Below are positions 46,502 through 53,091 of a stretch of DNA of 53,091 nt, one piece after another. Under the pieces are notes generated by a model. That model saw nothing but the letters and a program-made list of their open reading frames with translations. It had not been told where the DNA came from and did no database searches. The stretch is from Planctomycetota bacterium (lineage in GTDB: Bacteria; Planctomycetota; Phycisphaerae; Phycisphaerales; SM1A02), in NCBI GenBank assembly GCA_041161465.1, contig JBEAUK010000127.1, positions 1-53,091 on the forward strand. The letters are read 5' to 3'. How positions within the stretch are numbered: position 1 is the first letter of the stretch; each line of letters starts with the position of its first letter. A program made the position numbers and the translations under genes.

Positions 46502-47764
46502 ATGCTGACCCGCCGATTGCTCACCGTTCTGGCCCTCACCAGCCTCTTTGCCCCGGCTGCGACCTTCGCGCAGTCTGTCTCGGCGAAGCCCGTCGAGGCT
46601 GGCTCCAAGTCTGGCGCTGCCTCCAAGTCTGGCGATGTCATCAAGATCGTGTCGAGCCTGCCGCGCACCGGCAGCGCCAACGCCCAGACCACCAGCATGG
46701 TGAACGGCATCAAGATGGCCATCACCGAGGTCGGCGGCGCAATCGGCGCGCAGAAGATCGTGTACGAAGACTGGGACGATGCGAGCCCGCAGCGCGGCAA
46801 CTGGGATCCCGCCGTCGAGGCGCAGAACGCCGACAAGGCGGTCGGCGACGCCGCGGTGATGGCCTACATCGGCACCTACAACTCGGGCGCCGCCAAGATC
46901 TCGATGCCGAAGCTCAACGCCGCCGGCATCGTCATGGTGAGCCCCGCGAACACCGCGCCAAGCCTCACGAAGGAAGGCTTCGGGGAGGCGAACGAGCCTG
47001 CGGTGTACCGTCCGGCCGGCAAGATCAACTACTTCCGAGTCGTCCCGACCGACGATGTGCAGGGTGCGGTGGCCGCCGACTACGCCAAGGAGCTTGGCGC
47101 CAAGAAGGTGTTCGTGCTGAACGACCGCGAGGTCTACGGAAAGGGCGTCGCGGGGGTGTTCGAGAAGCGCGCCAAGGAAAACGGACTTGAGATCGTCGGC
47201 GTCGAGGGCATCGACCCGAAGGCCTCGAACTACAAGAGCCTCGTCACCAAGATGAAGCAGGCCGGAGCCGACCTCGTCTACTTCGGTGGAACGACCCAGA
47301 CCAATGCCGGCCAGCTGGCGAAGGACATCTCCTCGGGCGGACTCCGCGCGAAGCTGATCGTTCCGGACGGCTGCTACGAGAAGGCCTTCATCGAGGCTGC
47401 GGGCAACCGCGCGCTCGAAGGGCGTTGCTTCATCACCTTCGGTGGCGTCGAGCCGAAGGCACTCACCGGCAAGGGCAAGGATTTCTACGAGAACTACAAG
47501 AAGACCTACGGCGGAGAGCCGGAGGGCTACGCCGTCTACGGCTACGAGGCCGCCAAGGTCGTCATCGCCGCCATGCAGCGCCTCTACGAGGCCGGCAAGC
47601 CCATCACCCGCGCGTCGGTGCTTGAGGAAGTCGGTCGTACCAAGGACTTCACGGGCGCCCTTGGCACCTGGAGCTTCGATGCGAATGGCGACACCACCAA
47701 CCGCACCATGAGCGTGAACACCGTCAAGAGCGGCGAGTTCGTGTCCGTGAAGGTCGTCAATTAA
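46502..47764 (+). CDS. Branched-chain amino acid ABC transporter substrate-binding protein (LivK/LivJ family)
   Basis: Signal peptide MLTRRLLTVLALTSLFAPAATFA. Periplasmic_binding type I fold with Leu/Ile/Val-binding-protein family segments. First gene of a livHMGF-type operon. Confidence 0.85.
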   Translation: MLTRRLLTVLALTSLFAPAATFAQSVSAKPVEAGSKSGAASKSGDVIKIVSSLPRTGSANAQTTSMVNGIKMAITEVGGAIGAQKIVYEDWDDASPQRGNWDPAVEAQNADKAVGDAAVMAYIGTYNSGAAKISMPKLNAAGIVMVSPANTAPSLTKEGFGEANEPAVYRPAGKINYFRVVPTDDVQGAVAADYAKELGAKKVFVLNDREVYGKGVAGVFEKRAKENGLEIVGVEGIDPKASNYKSLVTKMKQAGADLVYFGGTTQTNAGQLAKDISSGGLRAKLIVPDGCYEKAFIEAAGNRALEGRCFITFGGVEPKALTGKGKDFYENYKKTYGGEPEGYAVYGYEAAKVVIAAMQRLYEAGKPITRASVLEEVGRTKDFTGALGTWSFDANGDTTNRTMSVNTVKSGEFVSVKVVN

Positions 47765-47809
47765 GCCCTCAGGCGTGTCCGATCGAGACCAGAACAGAGG
47801 CCACGCCGG

Positions 47810-48787
47810 ATGACCGACACCGAAGTCTTCCTCCAGCAGGTGATCTACGGCCTGTCGAACGGCATGATCATCGCCCTGGTGGCGCTCGGCTACACGATGG
47901 TCTACGGCATCGTGGAGCTCATCAACTTCGCCCACGGCGATGTGTTCACGCTCGGCGGATTTCTGGCGCTGACGATCGTCGGCGGACTCGGCGCCGCGGC
48001 GGTTCTCGACATGAACACGCTCGGCGAGACCTCGAACTGGATGCTCCTCTTCGGGCTTGTCGTCGGCGCAGGGCTGTTCTGCGGCGGATTGAATGTCGCG
48101 ATCGACAAGGTCGTGTACAAGCCGCTGCGCCGCGCGCCGAAGCTCACCCAGCTTGTCGCCGCGATTGGCGTGAGCTTCATCCTCGTCAACATCGCGCTCT
48201 TCTGGGGCGGCGTTCCGATGGACGCTCTTGGCGGCGGCAACGCGGCCGCCGCGCCCAAGGACTTCCCGGAGATCCTCGAGGGCACGAACCTGCTCGGTGA
48301 GGAATCGAATGTCGTGCTTCGGCTCGAGGATGTCGCCATCTTCGCGATCACCGTGCCGCTCATGATCGGACTGACGCTCTTCGTCAAGAAGACGCGCCTC
48401 GGTCGCGGCATGCGCGCGACGGCGCAGAATCCGATCGCCGCGAAGCTGATGGGAATCGACACCGACCGCGTGATCTCCGCGACCTTCCTGATCGGCGGAT
48501 TCCTCGGTGGCGCCGCGAGCGTCATGTGGTCGGTCTACAACAACACCATCTCGTTCCAGATGGGATTCCGCGCCGGCATGGATGCGTTCACCGCGGCGGT
48601 GCTCGGCGGAATCGGCAGCATGCCAGGCGCGATGCTCGGCGGGATCCTCATTGGTCTGATCCGCGCGATGAGCGACCAGTACATCGAGACGCAGTGGACG
48701 AATGTCGTCGTCTTCGGCGTCCTCATCCTGATCCTTGTCTTCCGTCCGAGCGGCCTGCTCGGGCTCAAGCAGCGGGAGAAGGTCTGA
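47810..48787 (+). CDS. livH: Branched-chain amino acid ABC transporter permease LivH
   Basis: LivH-type permease (VIYGLSNGMIIALVALGYTMVYGI…NFAHGD). Followed by livM. Confidence 0.9.
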   Translation: MTDTEVFLQQVIYGLSNGMIIALVALGYTMVYGIVELINFAHGDVFTLGGFLALTIVGGLGAAAVLDMNTLGETSNWMLLFGLVVGAGLFCGGLNVAIDKVVYKPLRRAPKLTQLVAAIGVSFILVNIALFWGGVPMDALGGGNAAAAPKDFPEILEGTNLLGEESNVVLRLEDVAIFAITVPLMIGLTLFVKKTRLGRGMRATAQNPIAAKLMGIDTDRVISATFLIGGFLGGAASVMWSVYNNTISFQMGFRAGMDAFTAAVLGGIGSMPGAMLGGILIGLIRAMSDQYIETQWTNVVVFGVLILILVFRPSGLLGLKQREKV

Positions 48788-49830
48788 TGTCGGCCGGCTC
48801 CTCGCGTGTCGCGCTCTTCTCGCGTGGCCAGGTGTTCCTGCTCGGCGGGCTTGCGCTCGTTCCGCTGCTTGATTTCGTGCTGCCGTCGGTGCAGTTGAGC
48901 GCGCAGATGCGCACCGTGATCGTGTTCGCGATCCTCGGTCTCGGGCTCAACATCGTGGTTGGATGGACGGGGCTCCTCAATCTCGGCATCGGCGCGTTCA
49001 TGGCGATCGGGGCCTACGCGTTCGGCATCGCGACCTGCGAGATCTATCCGTTCCAGATCGGCTTCTGGCCAGGCATCCTGCTTGCAGGCGCCGTCGGGGC
49101 ACTCGCGGGCTTCCTGCTCGGCGCCCCGACCCTGCGGTTGCGCGGCGACTACCTCGCGATCGTGACGCTTGGCTTCGGGGAGATCGTGCAGGATGCGCTC
49201 AAGAACCTCGAGCCGATCACGAAGGGCACGCAGGGAATCAATCCGCTTCCGACGCCGTGGCTTCCGCTCCCGGAGCTGTTCGGGACGGTCTCGAACGAGA
49301 CTCCCGTCCGCTGGTTCTATCTGTACCTCGCGATCCTCGCGGTCGTCGTCTACCTCGCGCGCAACCTCGAGTTCAGCCGGCTTGGGCGGCAGCTCTTCGC
49401 GGTGCGCGAGGACGAACTCGCCGCGCGCTGCATGGCGATCGAGCCAGACAAGGCCAAGCTGAAGGCGTTCGCGATGGGTGCCGCGCTCGCCGCGATGGCG
49501 GGGGCGATGTTCGCAAGCCTCCTCTCGTCGACGGGCGAGCCTGCCAACTACGACTTCCAGGTCTCGATCCTCGCGCTCTGCATCGTGATCGTCGGCGGCA
49601 TCGGCTCGATCACCGGCGTGCTCGTCGGCGCGATCGTGATGGTCGGTCTCAGCAATGTCGTCCTGCCGAACCTGACGCAGGCGCTGCAGCGGAACGGCAT
49701 CGGCTCGACCGGCAGCGTCTTCTCATCGCCCGACAACTACAAGTATCTCATCTTCGGCCTCGCGCTCGTCCTGATGATGCGCTACCGGCCCGATGGCATC
49801 ATTCACTCCCGAAAGGCGGTGCGGAAGTGA
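48787..49830 (+). CDS. livM: Branched-chain amino acid ABC transporter permease LivM
   Basis: ATG overlaps the livH stop (TGATG). LivM-type permease segments. Confidence 0.9.
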   Translation: MSAGSSRVALFSRGQVFLLGGLALVPLLDFVLPSVQLSAQMRTVIVFAILGLGLNIVVGWTGLLNLGIGAFMAIGAYAFGIATCEIYPFQIGFWPGILLAGAVGALAGFLLGAPTLRLRGDYLAIVTLGFGEIVQDALKNLEPITKGTQGINPLPTPWLPLPELFGTVSNETPVRWFYLYLAILAVVVYLARNLEFSRLGRQLFAVREDELAARCMAIEPDKAKLKAFAMGAALAAMAGAMFASLLSSTGEPANYDFQVSILALCIVIVGGIGSITGVLVGAIVMVGLSNVVLPNLTQALQRNGIGSTGSVFSSPDNYKYLIFGLALVLMMRYRPDGIIHSRKAVRK

Positions 49831-50867
49831 GCGCGCCGTTGATCTCGGTCCAGCGCGTCACCATGCGCTTCGGCGGGCTCACCGCGGTGAAGGATGTCTC
49901 GGTCGATGTGATGCGCGGCTCGATCACAGCCGTGATCGGCCCGAACGGCGCAGGCAAGACCACGCTGTTCAACGCGATCACGGGCGTCTACGAGCCGACC
50001 GAGGGCGCGGTGCAGGTATCGGGTCGTGATCCGCGGCGAGCGCTTACGGGTGGCGTCGTTGCAGGAGCGCTGGGCACGGGTCTCGCGACTGGTCTCGGCC
50101 TTGCCGTGCTCGTGCGCGTCGAGACGATCTGGGAGAAGTCGATCCTCGAGCTCTACAAGTTCCAGCAGGCGTTCCCGTGGGGCACATCGCTCAAGGCCTT
50201 CGTCGAGACGCTGTTTGGCGGCGGATTCATCGGGACATGGCTTCCGATCCTGCTCGGACTTGCGCTTGGAACGGTCGGCCGACTCGTGATCTGGTCGCGG
50301 ACTCGCCGCACGCCCGATGTGGTCGCGTCGGCGGGTGTCGCGCGCACCTTCCAAAACATCCGCCTCTTCCCCGAGCTTTCGCTCGTCGAGAATGTGGTCG
50401 TCGGCATGGACCGCCGGCTCTCGAGCGGGATGCTCGGCGGACTCCTGCGCCTGCCTGGCGCCGTCGGCGAGCGGAGCGCCGCGCGCGGCGACGCGATGCG
50501 CCTCCTCGAGTTCGTTGGCCTCGCCGACAAGGCGGAGACCGCCGCCGGCAACCTGCCGTACGGTCACCAGCGCCGGCTTGAGATTGCGCGCGCGCTCGCG
50601 TCGAAGCCGGATGTCATCCTCCTTGACGAACCCGCTGCGGGCATGAACCCGACCGAGACGGTCGATCTCATGCGCCTCATCAAGTCGATCCGCGATGCAG
50701 GCACGACGGTGGTCCTCATCGAGCACCACATGCGCGTCGTCATGGGAATCTCCGATCGGATCGCCGTGCTCCAGTACGGCGAGAAGATCGCCGAAGGCAC
50801 GCCCGACCAGATCAAGAACGATCCGCGCTGCATCGAGGCGTACCTCGGCAAGGAGGACCTCGGATGA
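49827..50867 (+). CDS. livG: Branched-chain amino acid ABC transporter ATP-binding protein LivG, with an about 95-aa hydrophobic insertion between the Walker A region and the Q-loop
   Basis: GTG start overlapping the livM stop. Walker [10 protein letters not shown], signature [16 protein letters not shown], Walker [10 protein letters not shown]. The insertion is [28 protein letters not shown]…[21 protein letters not shown]. Confidence 0.9.
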   Translation: MSAPLISVQRVTMRFGGLTAVKDVSVDVMRGSITAVIGPNGAGKTTLFNAITGVYEPTEGAVQVSGRDPRRALTGGVVAGALGTGLATGLGLAVLVRVETIWEKSILELYKFQQAFPWGTSLKAFVETLFGGGFIGTWLPILLGLALGTVGRLVIWSRTRRTPDVVASAGVARTFQNIRLFPELSLVENVVVGMDRRLSSGMLGGLLRLPGAVGERSAARGDAMRLLEFVGLADKAETAAGNLPYGHQRRLEIARALASKPDVILLDEPAAGMNPTETVDLMRLIKSIRDAGTTVVLIEHHMRVVMGISDRIAVLQYGEKIAEGTPDQIKNDPRCIEAYLGKEDLG

Positions 50868-51610
50868 GTGGCTCGCACGGAAGCGCAGAACCGCTCCTCT
50901 CGGTGAATGGACTCGTCGCGGGCTATGGCTCCGTCGAGGTGCTCCACGAGGTGTCGCTTGAAGTCCGCGAGGGCGAGATCGTGACGCTCATCGGAGGAAA
51001 CGGTGCGGGCAAGTCGACCACGCTGATGTGCATCTCCGGCATCGTTCCGGTTCGAGGCGGCGAGATCCGCTTCGCCGGCGAGAAGATCTCCGATGCCTCG
51101 GGTGGCATTCGCGCCGACAAGCTGGTCGGCCGCGGACTCGTGCAGGTTCCCGAGGGGCGCCGCATCTTCCCGCGCATGACGGTGCTCGAGAACCTGATGA
51201 TGGGCGCGTACGGCCGCGACGACAAGGACGGCATCGCCCGCGATCTCGAGCATGTCTACACGCTGTTCGACATCCTCAAGCAGCGCTCGGCGCAGCTTGG
51301 CGGCACGCTCTCCGGCGGCGAGCAGCAGATGCTCGCGATCGGGCGCGCGATCCTGTCGAGGCCGCGCCTCCTCATGATGGATGAGCCATCGATGGGCATC
51401 GCGCCGCTGCTGGTGGCGCGCATCTTCGAGGCAGTCCGCGAACTGAATCGCGAGGGGCTCACGATCCTGCTCGTCGAGCAGAACGCGCGCGCGGCGCTCA
51501 AGCTCGCGACCCGCGGTTATGTCCTCGAAACGGGCCGCATGACGCTCACCGACGACGCGGCGAAGCTGCTCGTCGATCCTCGCGTCCGCGAGGCGTATCT
51601 CGGAGATTGA
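50864..51610 (+). CDS. livF: Branched-chain amino acid ABC transporter ATP-binding protein LivF
   Basis: ATG overlaps the livG stop. Walker A GGNGAGKST, signature LSGGEQQMLAIGRA, Walker B LLMMDEPS. Confidence 0.9.
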   Translation: MSGSHGSAEPLLSVNGLVAGYGSVEVLHEVSLEVREGEIVTLIGGNGAGKSTTLMCISGIVPVRGGEIRFAGEKISDASGGIRADKLVGRGLVQVPEGRRIFPRMTVLENLMMGAYGRDDKDGIARDLEHVYTLFDILKQRSAQLGGTLSGGEQQMLAIGRAILSRPRLLMMDEPSMGIAPLLVARIFEAVRELNREGLTILLVEQNARAALKLATRGYVLETGRMTLTDDAAKLLVDPRVREAYLGD

Positions 51611-51697
51611 GGCGTATCTCCAGATCGAGGAGAGACGATCGCATGCGATCGGATGAATCGATTCGTTTCGGGGCGTGCGTGCCGCTACGATGTGCCC

Positions 51698-52750
51698 ATG
51701 CGTGAGTTCCGACTCGGCCAGAACATCGAGCGCCGCTCCCTCGGGAGCTATCAGCTGCCGCTCGGCGTCGCGGAGACGAGCCTGCGTGAGCCCACCCAGG
51801 GCTATACGGTCCGCTACCAGGAGGGCGCCGACGAGGAGCCCGACACCTATGTGTTCCATGCGGTCGTGAGCCACGATCGGCTGCGGCCGGTCGTTGACGC
51901 TGCGTTCAATCTCCTGCCGAAGGAAGTGAACCCGGTCGTCGAGATCGGCTCGCGCGACGCCTACCGCTCGGTCGACATCTACCTCGGTGAGGAGCCGATG
52001 CCGCTCGTCGAGTTCCTTCGGACTTGGTACGAGTTCGAGGAGATCCTGCTCGAGGATGTCACCATCGGCGTCGGTGCCAACGCGGAGGATCCTTGGGTCG
52101 ATGTGTTCGTCGACAGCTGGAAGGGCATCCTGATCTCTGTTCCGACGGAGATGCGCGAGGAAGTCGAGGCGATGCTGGCCGCGCACGGGCTGCAGGAAGT
52201 CGCCGAGACATGGGAAGAACAGCCGCCGAACGCGCGCGAGGACAGCGAGACGCTCGTCACGCGCGATGTGCTCGAGATCGTCGACGAGCATTCGCCCGAC
52301 CTCGATGAACTGCTGCTCGTGCTGCGCGAGCGCTGGATGCTCGAGCTCAATGTCGACCGTGAGACGAATGTCGACGAAGCGGGGCGCCACCTTGGCATGA
52401 CGCTCTGGCACGCGATCGTGCTGGCGACGAGTTCCGAGGGCGAGGCCGACCGCGGCGCGTACATCTCGGTGTGGATGACGGCAGGGAGCCTCGCTCAGGC
52501 AGAGGAACTGCTTGAGGACGCGCTCCTCGACCACCCGCAGTGGGTGTTCGAGTCGGTCTACACCATGGACCGCGTGGCGTTCGATGATCGCCCGCCATCG
52601 CTCTCGAACCTGCCGCCGACCCGGCGCCGGGCGGCCGTGCACGAACTCGACATCGAGCCGTGGGGCGAGGAGCCGCCGGCGGGTCCTGGCGAAATGCCAC
52701 CCCGTCGCGGGCCGACCGGCTCGGGCGGAGGCGGCGGTGGGGTCAACTGA
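51698..52750 (+). CDS. Acidic cytoplasmic hypothetical protein (about 350 aa) with Gly-rich C-terminus
   Basis: Start at MREFRLGQNIERR. Coding-like composition. No recognisable domain. Confidence 0.5.
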   Translation: MREFRLGQNIERRSLGSYQLPLGVAETSLREPTQGYTVRYQEGADEEPDTYVFHAVVSHDRLRPVVDAAFNLLPKEVNPVVEIGSRDAYRSVDIYLGEEPMPLVEFLRTWYEFEEILLEDVTIGVGANAEDPWVDVFVDSWKGILISVPTEMREEVEAMLAAHGLQEVAETWEEQPPNAREDSETLVTRDVLEIVDEHSPDLDELLLVLRERWMLELNVDRETNVDEAGRHLGMTLWHAIVLATSSEGEADRGAYISVWMTAGSLAQAEELLEDALLDHPQWVFESVYTMDRVAFDDRPPSLSNLPPTRRRAAVHELDIEPWGEEPPAGPGEMPPRRGPTGSGGGGGGVN

Positions 52751-53091
52751 CCCAGGCGCCGGCCCGAGCGGCAGCGCTGCCCCGTGGTATGCGGGCGGGC
52801 TGCGCTTCGAGTGCACCCAGTGCGGCAACTGTTGTTCGGGTCCGCCTGGCGCGGTCTGGTTCACGCCCGAGGAGGCGGATGCGATGGCGCGGGAGGTTGG
52901 GCTCTCGACGCCCGAGTTTCTTGAGCGCTACACCCGGCGCGTCGGTGCCCGACGCAGCCTGAAGGAACTCAAGATCGACGGGCGCCACGACTGTGTCTTC
53001 CTCGACCGCACGACTCGGCCGGGCAAGGCGATCTGCGGGATCTACCGCGCGCGCCCAAGCCAGTGCCGCACCTGGCCGTGGTGGCCCGAGG
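52737..53091 (+). CDS. YkgJ-family (UPF0153, CxxCxxCC) putative Fe-S/Zn-binding protein, 3-prime partial (runs off the window end); start uncertain (GTG at 52737)
   Basis: The open frame to the window end translates to …WYAGGLRFECTQCGNCCSGPPGAVWFTPEEADAMAREVGLS…CVFLD…CGIYRARPSQCRTWPWWPE. This matches the CxxCxxCC motif and overall pattern of the YkgJ family. Confidence 0.5.
   Translation, partial: MGSTDPGAGPSGSAAPWYAGGLRFECTQCGNCCSGPPGAVWFTPEEADAMAREVGLSTPEFLERYTRRVGARRSLKELKIDGRHDCVFLDRTTRPGKAICGIYRARPSQCRTWPWWPE

Noticed and set aside
51637-51663. Two adjacent short perfect palindromes (GATCGCATGCGATC and GAATCGATTC) after livF.
   Set aside because: Too short, and stem-loop geometry too tight, to call a terminator or operator with any confidence. 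Could be chance in restriction-site-like sequence.
1-53091. Looked for mobile-element genes, CRISPR arrays, rRNA and tRNA.
   Set aside because: I found no transposase, integrase or RT-like translation, no spaced repeat array, and no rRNA- or tRNA-like structures.

Overview
This is a high-GC (about 68%) chromosomal window of roughly 37 tightly packed genes. It looks like a Gram-negative bacterium: it has peptidoglycan genes plus LpxB, and a secretome rich in dockerin, lamin-tail (LTD), FG-GAP and FN3 domains, reminiscent of Planctomycetota/Verrucomicrobiota. That taxonomic guess is inference only.

Most of the window is housekeeping: yajC-secDF, an IDH/IMDH-family dehydrogenase, an HDAC-family protein, a partial dcw cluster (murE-murF-mraY, then a class-B PBP and a SEDS protein), rsmG, purD, trxB, aspS, lpxB, a flotillin, and a complete LIV-type ABC transporter (livKHMGF).

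The accessory-looking part is a cell-surface/secretome island on the minus strand at about 25.4-35.6 kb. It contains:
- a GbsR/MarR-like regulator preceded by a perfect 36-bp AT-rich palindrome, its stop overlapping the start of a small unknown gene;
- a CRTAC1/ASPIC-like FG-GAP protein with a C-terminal dockerin;
- a roughly 950-aa metzincin metalloprotease with several FN3-like repeats;
- a roughly 1060-aa subtilase;
- a low-GC non-coding island carrying a 3x12-bp tandem repeat.

A second dockerin protein (4x lamin-tail domains, 10.1-13.1 kb) shares a conserved cysteine-rich module with the subtilase. I did not recognise any rRNA, tRNA, CRISPR array, transposase or integrase. Several long ORFs that are antisense to real genes are typical high-GC artefacts and are rejected below.
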